Source: Rhizobium sp. Q54
GTDB lineage: Bacteria > Pseudomonadota > Alphaproteobacteria > CADEGL01
Assembly: GCA_945860095.1 (NCBI GenBank)
Contig: CAMAPP010000002.1
Coordinates: 4,564-68,563, forward strand
Direction: 5' to 3'
DNA: 64,000 bases
A program made the translations under genes and the position numbers. Below are positions 1 through 9,215 of the stretch, one piece after another. Within the stretch, counting starts at the first letter, position 1. Each line of letters opens with the position of its first letter. Under the pieces are notes generated by a model, which did no database searches, had not been told where the DNA came from, and worked only from the letters and a program-made list of their open reading frames with translations.

Positions 1-1290
1 GCCAAGCCCGAGGACATCACCCGGTTGGTCAAGGAGTACGGCCAGCAGAACTGGGCCGCGCTGCATCACCGCATGGACCACATGTACCGCAACGACAACG
101 CCGAATTGCCGACCCTCGATCCCTGGGTGCTGAAGACCAATCCGCCGGCCGAGCGTTTCCAGTTCGCGCGCAATCCGTATTTCCATCGCGTCGACGAGAC
201 GGGACAGCAATTGCCCTATATCGACGACGTGATTTTGAACATCGCCGATTCGAAGATCATTCCGGCCAAGACCGGCGCGGGCGAGTCCGATCTGCAGGCG
301 CGCTATATCCGCTTCGACAACTATACGTTCCTCCGGGAAAGCGAAAAGCGGACCGACCAATCGGTGTTTCTCTGGCGCACCGCCAAGGGATCGCATTTCG
401 CGCTGTTTCCGAACTTGAACGCCAACGATCCGGTCTGGCGCCAGATGTTGCGCGACGCGCGCTTTCGCCGCGCACTATCGCTGGCGATCAACCGGCACGA
501 GGTGAATCAGGTGGTTTATTTCGGCCTGGCGCTCAAGGCCGCGAACACGGTCCTGCCGCAAAGCCCGCTGTTCGAGAAGGCCTATCAGGCCGCGTGGGCG
601 GATTTCGATTTGAGCCGCGCCAATGCGTTGCTCGACGAAATCGGCTTGACCAAGCGCAACAATCGGGGCGTGCGCCTCTTACCCGATGGCCGGCCGCTTG
701 AGATCGTCGTCGAGACGGCGGGCGAGAGCACCGAGCAAACCGATGTTCTGGAGCTTATCCGCGATACCTGGATCAGGGCCGGCATCAAGCTTTTCATCAA
801 GCCGTCCCAGCGCGAGGTGTTCCGCAACCGAGTGTTCGCCGGCGACGCGATCATGGCCGTGTGGGGCGGGCTCGAGAACGGACTTGCGACGGCCGACCAA
901 AGCCCCGAGGAACTCGCCCCCACCAACCAGCAGCAGCTCCAATGGTCCAAATGGGGCCAGTTTTTCGAAACCGGAGGCAAGACCGGCGAGGCTCCGGACA
1001 TGCCGATCGCCCAGGAACTCGCACGCCTCAATCAGGCCTGGCGGCGCGAGGCGTCGGCGGAACGCCGCGCGGCCATCTGGAAACGCATGCTGGCAATCCA
1101 TGCCGACCAAGTATTCTCCATTGGGGTGGTGGCCGGAACCCTGCAGCCGGTGGTCGTGTCGAACAAATTGCGCAACGTTCCGGTCGAGGGTGTATTCAAC
1201 TGGGAGCCGGGCGCGCATTTCGGCATTTACCGCCCCGAGATTTTTTGGCTCGGCGAGTCCCGAAAGCCGCGCCCGCAGGCGACCAATTAA
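1..1290 (+). CDS. ABC transporter substrate-binding protein, family 5 (peptide/oligopeptide type), 5'-truncated at window edge
   Basis: Frame 1 is open from nt 1 (track ORF 25..1290). The C-terminal region is typical of SBP_bac_5 (DppA/YejA-like) binding proteins. Two cognate permease genes follow directly. Confidence 0.8.
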   Translation, partial: AKPEDITRLVKEYGQQNWAALHHRMDHMYRNDNAELPTLDPWVLKTNPPAERFQFARNPYFHRVDETGQQLPYIDDVILNIADSKIIPAKTGAGESDLQARYIRFDNYTFLRESEKRTDQSVFLWRTAKGSHFALFPNLNANDPVWRQMLRDARFRRALSLAINRHEVNQVVYFGLALKAANTVLPQSPLFEKAYQAAWADFDLSRANALLDEIGLTKRNNRGVRLLPDGRPLEIVVETAGESTEQTDVLELIRDTWIRAGIKLFIKPSQREVFRNRVFAGDAIMAVWGGLENGLATADQSPEELAPTNQQQLQWSKWGQFFETGGKTGEAPDMPIAQELARLNQAWRREASAERRAAIWKRMLAIHADQVFSIGVVAGTLQPVVVSNKLRNVPVEGVFNWEPGAHFGIYRPEIFWLGESRKPRPQATN

Positions 1291-1306
1291 GGGCCCGATA
1301 CCGGAC

Positions 1307-2305
1307 ATGTTGCGTTATATCGCCCATCGCTTTCTCATCATGGTGCCCACGCTGTTGGCGATCAGCTTCATCGTCTTCGTGATCATTCAATTGCCGCCGG
1401 GCGATTATCTGGAAACCTACATCGCCGAGCTGCAATCGCGCGGCGAGGGCGTGGACATCGAGAAGATCCAGTTCCTGCGCGAGTCGTACGGTCTCGACAA
1501 GCCGTTTCTGGTGCAATACGCCTATTGGGTCGCTGGCATGGTACAGGGCGATTTCGGCTACTCCTTCGAATTCAACCTGCCCGTTTCGCAAGTCGTGGGC
1601 GACCGACTTTGGCTCACGGCCCTGGTCTCGGTCGCGACGATCGCGTTCACTTGGATCGTCGCCTTTCCCATAGGCGTCTATTCCGCGACGCATCAATATA
1701 GCTGGGCCGATCACAGCCTGACTTTCGTCGGATTTCTCGGCTTGGCGACGCCCAATTTCCTGCTGGCTCTCGTCCTGCTGTATTTCGCCAATGTCTGGTT
1801 CGGCACGTCCATCGGCGGTCTGATGGACGAGAAATTTGTCGGCCAACCCTGGTCCTGGGCGAAATTGGTTTCGGTTCTGGCGCATTTGTGGATTCCGGTG
1901 ATCGTCATCGGCACCTCGGGCACCGCGGGCATGATCCGACGCCTGCGCGCCAATCTGCTCGACGAATTGCAGAAGCAATACGTCGTGACCGGCCGCGCCA
2001 AGGGCCTTCCGCCCTTCCGGTTGCTGGTCAAATATCCCTTGCGGATGTCGCTCAACCCGTTCATCGCCGATATCGGCAGCTTGCTGCCCGAGATCATTTC
2101 GGGCGCGGCCATCGTTTCGGTCGTGCTCTCGCTGCCGACCACGGGGCCGATGTTGCTCGAGGCCTTGCGCAGCCAGGACATGTACCTGGCCGGATCGTTC
2201 CTCATGTTCATGGCGACCCTCACGGTGATCGGCGTTCTCGTCTCGGATCTTTTGCTGGCGATCCTCGACCCGCGCATTCGCCTAGGCGGCGGAGCGGTCA
2301 AATGA
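1307..2305 (+). CDS. ABC transporter permease (DppB/YejB-like)
   Basis: Internal Met of track ORF 686..2305 (MLRYIAHRFLIMVPTLLAISFIVF...). Polytopic BPD_transp_1 permease features. Its stop overlaps the next start (ATGA). Confidence 0.85.
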   Translation: MLRYIAHRFLIMVPTLLAISFIVFVIIQLPPGDYLETYIAELQSRGEGVDIEKIQFLRESYGLDKPFLVQYAYWVAGMVQGDFGYSFEFNLPVSQVVGDRLWLTALVSVATIAFTWIVAFPIGVYSATHQYSWADHSLTFVGFLGLATPNFLLALVLLYFANVWFGTSIGGLMDEKFVGQPWSWAKLVSVLAHLWIPVIVIGTSGTAGMIRRLRANLLDELQKQYVVTGRAKGLPPFRLLVKYPLRMSLNPFIADIGSLLPEIISGAAIVSVVLSLPTTGPMLLEALRSQDMYLAGSFLMFMATLTVIGVLVSDLLLAILDPRIRLGGGAVK

Positions 2306-3462
2306 GCGCCGAACAGCCATTGCCGCACTACGTCGCCAGGGGCGCGTTCGATCCGCACGAGGCGGACGCGCTGACGGCAGGGCAAGAACGCTATTATCTG
2401 GCATCCCAATGGCGCCTCATGTGGTGGAAATTCCGCCGCCATCGGATCGCCGTCGTCTCCGGCGCCATCCTGGTCGCCATGTACGCGACGATCTTGGTGA
2501 GCGAGATTCTGGCGCCTTACAATCTCCATACCCGCGCCACGGATTACCTGTACGCGCCGCCGCAAGCGGTGCATTTCTTCCACGACGGGAGCTTGATCGG
2601 GCCGTTCGTGTATCCGCTGGAAGCGCGGCGAAACCTGGAAGTTCTCAAATGGGAGTATCGCGAGGACACGTCCCGCCCCTTGCCGATCCGATTTTTTTGC
2701 CTGGGCGATTCCTACGAGTTCTGGGGCGCCATCGAGGGGCGGTTCCACCTGGCATGCGCGCCGCGCGAGGGAACCTTGTTCCTGCTGGGCACGGACAGGC
2801 TCGGCCGGGACATCCTGTCGCGCATCGTTTACGGCGCGCGCATCTCCTTGACCATCGGCCTGATCGGCGTTGCGGTCAGCTTCTCGCTCGGGATCGTGAT
2901 CGGCGGTCTAGCCGGCTATTACGGCGGCTGGATCGACAATTTGACCCAGCGCGTCATCGAGATTTTCCGGTCGTTCCCGCATTTGCCTTTGTGGATGGCG
3001 CTGTCTGCGGCCTTGCCCGTCACCTGGAGTCCGCTGCTGATCTATATCGGCATCACGCTGATTCTAGGCCTGCTTGATTGGACGGGATTGGCGCGGGCGG
3101 TACGCTCGAAATTGCTCGCGCTGCGCGAGGAGGATTTTTGCACCGCCGCCCAGCTCATGGGCGCCTCGCCCAAGCGCATCATCGGCCGCCATCTGATGCC
3201 GAGCTTCACGAGCCATCTGATCGCTTCGGCCACGCTGTCGATTCCGCACATGATCCTGGGCGAGACGGCTCTGTCGTTCCTGGGTTTGGGATTGCGTCCG
3301 CCGATCACCAGCTGGGGCGTCTTGTTGAACGAAGCGCAGAACATCAATGTCGTCGCGCTCTATCCCTGGTTGATGCTGCCGGTGGTGCCGGTCATCGTCG
3401 TGGTTTTGGCGTTCAATTTTCTCGGCGACGGTCTCCGGGACGCGGCCGATCCCTACAAATAG
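2302..3462 (+). CDS. ABC transporter permease (DppC/YejE-like)
   Basis: Internal Met of track ORF 1888..3462 (MSAEQPLPHYVARG...). EAA-loop permease, translationally coupled to the preceding permease. No ATPase gene follows. Confidence 0.85.
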   Translation: MSAEQPLPHYVARGAFDPHEADALTAGQERYYLASQWRLMWWKFRRHRIAVVSGAILVAMYATILVSEILAPYNLHTRATDYLYAPPQAVHFFHDGSLIGPFVYPLEARRNLEVLKWEYREDTSRPLPIRFFCLGDSYEFWGAIEGRFHLACAPREGTLFLLGTDRLGRDILSRIVYGARISLTIGLIGVAVSFSLGIVIGGLAGYYGGWIDNLTQRVIEIFRSFPHLPLWMALSAALPVTWSPLLIYIGITLILGLLDWTGLARAVRSKLLALREEDFCTAAQLMGASPKRIIGRHLMPSFTSHLIASATLSIPHMILGETALSFLGLGLRPPITSWGVLLNEAQNINVVALYPWLMLPVVPVIVVVLAFNFLGDGLRDAADPYK

Positions 3463-3468
3463 CCGCGC

Positions 3469-4815
3469 CTAGGGCGCGAGCACGACAAGATCGAACGGCC
3501 GCTCGGTGCCCTCCACACGGCGCATGGCGCGAATCTCTTTATCGTCCGATGGGCGATAACCTTGGGTCCGCGCGAGCTCGAAAGTCTCAAGCGTGGTCAA
3601 GCCGCGGACCCCCTCGCTCTTCGTGTGCTTCTCGAGCTTGGCCGACAGATTCACCGCCTCCCCAATGACCGTGTATTCGAGCCGCGTCGCGTCGCCCACG
3701 GCGCCGAATATGATTCGGCCCGTGGCGACGGCGGCACCGACCCGCAAGGGTTCTAGCGACGCACCCGCCCGCGCCCGGTTCCAAGACTCGATCTCGGCGA
3801 GCACCTCGTCGACCGCGCGTAGAGCGTCGGCGGCATAGGTATCGCTGGGAATGGCGGCGCCGAAGGTCGTAAGAATTCCGTCGCCGAGGAATTTGTCGAT
3901 GCTGCCCCCGTGACGCTGGATGATCGGCACCGCGCGGGCCTGATATTCGGCAAGAAGCGCGATCGCCTGATCGGGCTCGACCCGTTGGGCGTAGCGCGTG
4001 AAGCCGCGCAGATCGAGATTGAGGATTGCGGCGTCGCGCGGCACGCCATGGCCCGCGGTAACCCGGTGTTCGGACGAAGTGATTCGCCGGGCGATCTCGG
4101 GCGCGAAGAAACGCGAAAGATCCCGCGCCGCCATGCCTTCGGACACGGAACGCACCAATAGCCCGCGCGCCCGCGCGATCGCGACGGCGAGCACGCCCGT
4201 GAATACCGCGATCGACAGAATTTTGTCGATCTCGGCACCGATCAGAATGCGGTTCGAAGTCATGTAGAGCACGTAGTCGCGCGTGATTCCGGCATCGGCC
4301 GCATCCGCGTCGATCGCGAGATGCGCGAGCCACAGCCAGCCAAGCGCCGCGACCGCGCCCGACAGCAGAACGAATCGCGCCTCGAACCGCAGGGCGCGAA
4401 GAGCGATGAAGATGAACAGGTAGGCGAACGTCGGAACCTTGAGCACGAAGGACGGCGGCTGGACGTACTGAATATGAAAACTCCAAATCAGCGACAGCAG
4501 CAGGCCGATATCGATGACGACCGAGAGCGCCAGGAACCAATCGGGCAATCGCCGGACGCACGCGACCGCCAACCGAAGAATCGTGAACGCGAGATAGGAC
4601 GCCAGAGCCCAGGGCACCGGATGAAACTCGACCCGCTCGTCGAAGGTCTTTGGCGAGACGAAGTAGAACATCCCGAAGACCAGAACGACGAAAAGTTGAA
4701 TCCAGCCGATCATAATTTCGCTGCGGTCTTGCTGGAGGCGAATTGCCGCGCGCACCCGCTCGGGCAAGGCGGATTCGTCGATTGCGGCGAAGAGCTTGCG
4801 CAACGTGGCGATCAT
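3469..4815 (-). CDS. membrane-anchored class III adenylate/guanylate cyclase
   Basis: N-terminal multi-TM region followed by a cyclase homology domain (…FLGDGILTTFGAAIP…RVGAAVATGRIIFGAVGD…EYTVIGEAVNLSAKLE). Start taken at the second Met (4815) so that it overlaps the upstream gene stop by 4 nt. The track ORF extends to 4860. Confidence 0.8.
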   Translation of the reverse strand: MIATLRKLFAAIDESALPERVRAAIRLQQDRSEIMIGWIQLFVVLVFGMFYFVSPKTFDERVEFHPVPWALASYLAFTILRLAVACVRRLPDWFLALSVVIDIGLLLSLIWSFHIQYVQPPSFVLKVPTFAYLFIFIALRALRFEARFVLLSGAVAALGWLWLAHLAIDADAADAGITRDYVLYMTSNRILIGAEIDKILSIAVFTGVLAVAIARARGLLVRSVSEGMAARDLSRFFAPEIARRITSSEHRVTAGHGVPRDAAILNLDLRGFTRYAQRVEPDQAIALLAEYQARAVPIIQRHGGSIDKFLGDGILTTFGAAIPSDTYAADALRAVDEVLAEIESWNRARAGASLEPLRVGAAVATGRIIFGAVGDATRLEYTVIGEAVNLSAKLEKHTKSEGVRGLTTLETFELARTQGYRPSDDKEIRAMRRVEGTERPFDLVVLAP

Positions 4816-5672
4816 GGGATATCGCGCGCGCGCTTTTCGAGCCACAGGCTCGATTCCCACGCGCCGGGTACGATGGGCAAGCGAGCGAGCGCCTTGACGG
4901 CGGGATCATCGGCCATCCGCGTCGCCGCATAACGGCTTGAAAACGCGATCTCGAACGCTCCGCCCTGGAGGAGCGCGGCGATGGCCGTCTGCTCGTTATA
5001 GCCGCGCCAAAGCCAGTCGCCGGGATAGGCGTCGGGCAGGAAAATGTCGTGCACATGCACCGCCGCGCCAGCGGGTAGCAGGGGCAGGATATCGTTCACG
5101 ACGATGTCGACATCGCTGCCCGGCACCAGGACGTGACTCGAATCGACGAATAGGATGTCCCCGGGTCCGAGCCCGCGAAACAGGCCGGGATCGGCGGCTT
5201 GGAGCGTCGCCGCGACGCGTTCCACCCCTTGCGGCAAGACCGCGCGCGGCGAGGGATCGAGGGCCATATGCCGGGTCGTCAAGCCTCCGTCGGCCACGGC
5301 GCGGGCGATGAATCGGGTGGAGTGTCCGGCGCCGATTTCGATCACGGTCTTAGGCTTGAGGTGGCGCACCATCGCATAGAGCGCGGCGGCATCAAGCCGC
5401 GGAAACCAATCTTGGTCCCAGCGCGCGCCGTCAGGCCCCTGCCCTATCGCGTCGAGATCGCGGGCCAGCGCGGCGATACGATCCAGCGCCAGGCGCATGC
5501 GCGGCCGGGCGGCATCGAAGACCGCCTCGAGAGCCTTGTACGGCGGCCGGCGCGCCGGAATGGCGTCCGCGAGCCGATAGGGAATGAAAATACCCTGCGG
5601 TCCAAGGCCAAGCACGGTCGACAATCCCATCGCCAACCGGCGCGATGCCGCGTGTAAATCGGCGAAACGCAC
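4812..5672 (-). CDS. class I SAM-dependent methyltransferase (Methyltransf_24-like)
   Basis: Motif …KPKTVIEIGAGHSTRFIA… (a glycine-rich SAM-binding loop). It lies 3 nt downstream of the MBL gene and overlaps the cyclase start. Confidence 0.7.
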   Translation of the reverse strand: MRFADLHAASRRLAMGLSTVLGLGPQGIFIPYRLADAIPARRPPYKALEAVFDAARPRMRLALDRIAALARDLDAIGQGPDGARWDQDWFPRLDAAALYAMVRHLKPKTVIEIGAGHSTRFIARAVADGGLTTRHMALDPSPRAVLPQGVERVAATLQAADPGLFRGLGPGDILFVDSSHVLVPGSDVDIVVNDILPLLPAGAAVHVHDIFLPDAYPGDWLWRGYNEQTAIAALLQGGAFEIAFSSRYAATRMADDPAVKALARLPIVPGAWESSLWLEKRARDIP

Positions 5673-5675
5673 CGA

Positions 5676-6557
5676 TCAGGGCCTGAGGATCAACGACTCG
5701 CGCGCGACCACGGTGCCGGGCCTCGCGCGATCGGCCTCTTCTTGGACCCGGTCCATGAAGTCGTCGTCATGATCAGGGTCGTGATGGAAAACGACCAGGG
5801 TCTTGACGCGGGCCGCATCGGCAAGGCGCGCGCCCTCCTGCCAGGTGGAATGGCCCCATCCTGCAAAGCGCGGATATTCCTCGTCGGTATAGGTCGAATC
5901 ATAGATGAATATGTCGGCATCGCGAACGAGATCGACGATCGTGCGGTTTCTCGTTCCGATCTCGTGTTCGGTATCGGTCACGTAGCAAACCGCCTTGCCG
6001 CCATGTTCCACGCGGTAGCCGGTCGCGCGATCGGGATGGTTGAGGGCGGCCGTGCGAACGGTGATCCCAGGAGCCGGCGACAAGGTCTCGCCCAATCGGA
6101 AGTCGTTCGTCGTGATGTCCGCGCCCAGAATACCGAATGGAACCGGAAACAGCGGCGACGACATCACGCGGCATAGAACCTCGTTCAAGTTGCGTTCGGG
6201 CGCGAGATGGCCCGCCCACAAACGAATGGTATTTCCTGGTCCGTACATGGGACGAAAGAACGGCAATCCGGCGACATGGTCGATATGGGTGTGGGAAAGA
6301 AATAGGTCGATATCCGCGGCGCCGTTGTCCGCGAGGGATTTCCCGAGGCCGCGCAGCCCCGTGCCCGCGTCGAATATCAGCAACCGGCCTCCACAGCGAA
6401 CCTCCACGCACGAAGTATTTCCCCCGTACCGCAAATGGCTCGACTCCGGCGTCGCGACACTGCCGCGCACCCCCCAGAAGCGGATCAAGAATTCGTCAAC
6501 CTGGGTTGCCAATGCGTTCGACCCTTGCCAAAGCCAAGCCAGCCCCCGCTCCACCAT
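5676..6557 (-). CDS. MBL-fold metallo-hydrolase (PhnP / class II phosphodiesterase-like)
   Basis: HxHxDH motif (LSHTHIDHVAGLPFF) and the N-terminal GVRGS…GGNTSC signature of Lactamase_B_2 proteins. Confidence 0.8.
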   Translation of the reverse strand: MVERGLAWLWQGSNALATQVDEFLIRFWGVRGSVATPESSHLRYGGNTSCVEVRCGGRLLIFDAGTGLRGLGKSLADNGAADIDLFLSHTHIDHVAGLPFFRPMYGPGNTIRLWAGHLAPERNLNEVLCRVMSSPLFPVPFGILGADITTNDFRLGETLSPAPGITVRTAALNHPDRATGYRVEHGGKAVCYVTDTEHEIGTRNRTIVDLVRDADIFIYDSTYTDEEYPRFAGWGHSTWQEGARLADAARVKTLVVFHHDPDHDDDFMDRVQEEADRARPGTVVARESLILRP

Positions 6558-6633
6558 TCGATAACCGCCGCAAGCGGGGGTAAATGACGGTCATCGCGCC
6601 GCTCCCAATGTGTTTTCCAAAAAAACTGGCCGA

Positions 6634-7344
6634 CTAGAGTTGCAATCGATAGCCGTTTGCCTCGGTAACCAAGATCGAAGCGCGAGTCGAATCGGGTTCG
6701 ATTTTCTGGCGCAGACGGTAAACATGGGTCTCGAGCGTATGCGTCGTCACGCTCGCATTATAGCCCCAGACCTCGGTCAATAGCTCCTCCCGCCCGACCG
6801 CCGCGCCCGCGCGATACAGATAGCGCAGGATGGCAGCCTCTTTATCCGTAAGCCGTATTTTCCTGCCTCCTGCTTCGTCGAGGAGCAAGCGCGCAAGAGG
6901 CCGGAATTCATATGGGCCGATCTTGAATACCGCGTCCTCGCTTTGTTCGGCCAAACGCAGCTGGACGCGAATGCGCGCGAGCAGCTCTCCCAGGCGGAAT
7001 GGCTTCACCACATAATCGTTTGCGCCCGAATCGAGACCCTTGACGGTATCGGCTTCGGAATCGGCGCCAGTCAACATGATGATCGGCGCACCGATCTCCG
7101 CGTCCCGCATCCGCTTGCAGGCATCGCGCCCGTCGCAATCGGGCAGGCCCACGTCGAGGATCACGAGATCGACCCGATGGGCCGCAAGAAGCGCCATGGC
7201 CTCGGCGCCCGTTCCCGCCTCGATGGTTTCGAAGCCGTTTTCATGGCCGAGCTGCTCGGCAAGCGAGGTGCGAAAGGGCGCATCGTCGTCGACCAGGAGG
7301 ATGCACTTGAGCGCTGCGGCTTGTCGGGTCGCGGGTTCAGACAT
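6634..7344 (-). CDS. OmpR-family response regulator transcription factor
   Basis: Receiver domain (LLVDDD…ILDVGLPDCDG…KP) plus a winged-helix trans_reg_C tail (…YLYRAG…VYRLRQKIE…GYRL). No histidine kinase gene is adjacent. Confidence 0.85.
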   Translation of the reverse strand: MSEPATRQAAALKCILLVDDDAPFRTSLAEQLGHENGFETIEAGTGAEAMALLAAHRVDLVILDVGLPDCDGRDACKRMRDAEIGAPIIMLTGADSEADTVKGLDSGANDYVVKPFRLGELLARIRVQLRLAEQSEDAVFKIGPYEFRPLARLLLDEAGGRKIRLTDKEAAILRYLYRAGAAVGREELLTEVWGYNASVTTHTLETHVYRLRQKIEPDSTRASILVTEANGYRLQL

Positions 7345-7371
7345 GGCGCCCTCGGCTGCGCTTCGCGGCGC

Positions 7372-8223
7372 TCAAGACGATAGTGCGTGGCCGCGCACGA
7401 CGGTGAAGAGGTCGCTGTCGGACTTTGCGAGATCGCCCACGATGCTGAAGTGATCGTGATCCGCGAGATCGAGCGCGGCGCGCAATTCGTTGCCCGCGCG
7501 CCGCCAGGCCGCGCCGAAATCCTCCTGCTGACGGTGAAATTCGGCGGATTCGCGCGCGCCCACCGCGAGGCTAAGCGGCGGGCCGCCGGAAGAGGCATGG
7601 CGCAGGGGCGAATATTTTTGCGCGCTTTCCGCGTCGAGATTGATCGCGTCGTTGAGATAGGACAGGCGGATCGGTTCGAGATCGTAGATTCCGCTGATGG
7701 CAACCCCGCCGGTCATCTTCGCGCCCCGACCCGTTTGCGCGGCGGCAAGCATGGCCAATAGATGGCCGCCCGCGGAATGGCCGGACACGGAAATTCGCTC
7801 GGGATCGCCACCTAATTTCTCGGCGTGTGCGACAAGCCACGCGAACGCTTGCTCCACGCAGGAGACGATGTCGGCCATCGACGCCGCCGGCGCGAGCGGA
7901 TAGGCGATGGGCGCATAGGAAATGCCCGCCGCCGCGAAATTGGGCGCGGGGAAGCTGAAACTAGCCTTGTCGAGCGCGCGCCAATAGCCGCCATGGATGA
8001 ACATATGGATAGGTGCATGCCGGCGTTCGGCCGGGAAGAAATCGAGGCGTTGGCGCGGGCCGGAGCCATAAGGAATATCGAGTTCCGCGCGAGCGCGGCG
8101 ACGCACCTCGGCGCTTCGCTCCGCCCAGTCCGCCAAAACAATCCCATGGTTGGGAACCATGGCCCGATTGTTGTATTGGGCATCGAGCGCGGCACGGTCG
8201 TAATCGCGAAATATCTTATTCAT
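7372..8223 (-). CDS. alpha/beta hydrolase (arylformamidase/esterase-like)
   Basis: HGGYW oxyanion motif and GHSAGG nucleophile elbow. Confidence 0.75.
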   Translation of the reverse strand: MNKIFRDYDRAALDAQYNNRAMVPNHGIVLADWAERSAEVRRRARAELDIPYGSGPRQRLDFFPAERRHAPIHMFIHGGYWRALDKASFSFPAPNFAAAGISYAPIAYPLAPAASMADIVSCVEQAFAWLVAHAEKLGGDPERISVSGHSAGGHLLAMLAAAQTGRGAKMTGGVAISGIYDLEPIRLSYLNDAINLDAESAQKYSPLRHASSGGPPLSLAVGARESAEFHRQQEDFGAAWRRAGNELRAALDLADHDHFSIVGDLAKSDSDLFTVVRGHALSS

Positions 8224-8376
8224 CCCACGAAGCCTTATCTGCTTCCCGGGGCGCCGACAACACCCGGAAATTCTTGCCCCCGGGTCGAATTTGCCGGAGC
8301 TTGCGCCGATAAGACGTTGATTTCGCGCATTTCACTCTTGGCCCGTTCTTTGCTCTTAACCGAGCGTGAGGACCGC

Positions 8377-9213
8377 ATGGCCGACGCATTGAACACCAGC
8401 CCCCCGTTGAGGATGAGCGAGGGCGCCGACCCGCTTGCGCGCGTAGAGCCGCCCGAGGGCTATCGGCGCATGAAGCTGTGGGCTGGCGACGAATTCTCGT
8501 TCGCCGATATCCTGGATTTTATCAACCCTCTGCAACATATACCGGTCGTTTCCACGATTTATCGCCAGATCACGGGCGACAAGATCGGCGCGCTCGCGCA
8601 ATTGACCATAGGCGGTATTTTGGGTGGACCCATCGGCCTGATCGGCGCCGTCGCCAACGTGGCGATGGAGACCGAGAGCGGGAAAAGTCTCGACCAGGTG
8701 GCGTCTTCCGCCTTGGGGCTCAACCTGTTCAGTGGCCAGGACGCCGACGCCGTGGCAGAGAAATCGCCCGCGGCCACGCCGGCAAACACAATCAGCGTCG
8801 CGCCGGGCCCGGACCGGGCCGACGGCATCGAGCGCGACATAGATTCCTTGACGATCCTGGTCGCCGAAGCGGCAGCCACGCCGCAGCCGACAGCGAGCGC
8901 GCGTTCCGGCGCCCGTCCCGCGGAATCATTGGCCGGCCGCGTGGACGGCTCGGCCCGAACTCCCCTTGCCCGCAAGGCAGCGTCCTTAGCTTCGGAGGCC
9001 GCGATCGGGCCTTCCGCACGCCAGGCATTGGCGGGGCACGGCGGCATGCCGGTGGCCTTGGGCCGCTTCGATCCGATAGCGGCTGCGCTGGGCGCACAGA
9101 GCCGTTCCGGGAATCCGAGCCTTCCGCTTTCGATGATGCAAGCGCTCGACAAATACGAGGCGCTGGCGCGGCAGAAGCCCGAAGTCGCGCGGCAACTCGA
9201 CCAATCGAACTGA
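8377..9213 (+). CDS. hypothetical protein (Ala/Gly-rich, low complexity C-terminal half)
   Basis: Internal Met of track ORF 7825..9213 (MADALNTSPPL…). It is divergent from the hydrolase gene. No recognisable domain. Confidence 0.5.
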   Translation: MADALNTSPPLRMSEGADPLARVEPPEGYRRMKLWAGDEFSFADILDFINPLQHIPVVSTIYRQITGDKIGALAQLTIGGILGGPIGLIGAVANVAMETESGKSLDQVASSALGLNLFSGQDADAVAEKSPAATPANTISVAPGPDRADGIERDIDSLTILVAEAAATPQPTASARSGARPAESLAGRVDGSARTPLARKAASLASEAAIGPSARQALAGHGGMPVALGRFDPIAAALGAQSRSGNPSLPLSMMQALDKYEALARQKPEVARQLDQSN

Positions 9214-9215
9214 CG

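Noticed and set aside
686-1306. 207-aa N-terminal extension of the permease ORF (track ORF 686..2305)
   Set aside because: The extension is Arg/Ser/Pro-rich junk overlapping the 3' end of the SBP gene in another frame. The permease begins at the internal Met at 1307, just after the SBP stop.
3587-5056. 489-aa Arg/Ala-rich ORF on the minus strand, overlapping the cyclase and methyltransferase genes in another frame
   Set aside because: Low-complexity Arg-rich translation typical of off-frame ORFs in high-GC DNA. It fully overlaps two genes with strong domain signatures.
8224-8376. Possible small gene or regulator site in the divergent hydrolase / hypothetical-protein intergenic region
   Set aside because: No ORF, palindrome or recognisable operator stood out. 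Probably just divergent promoters.
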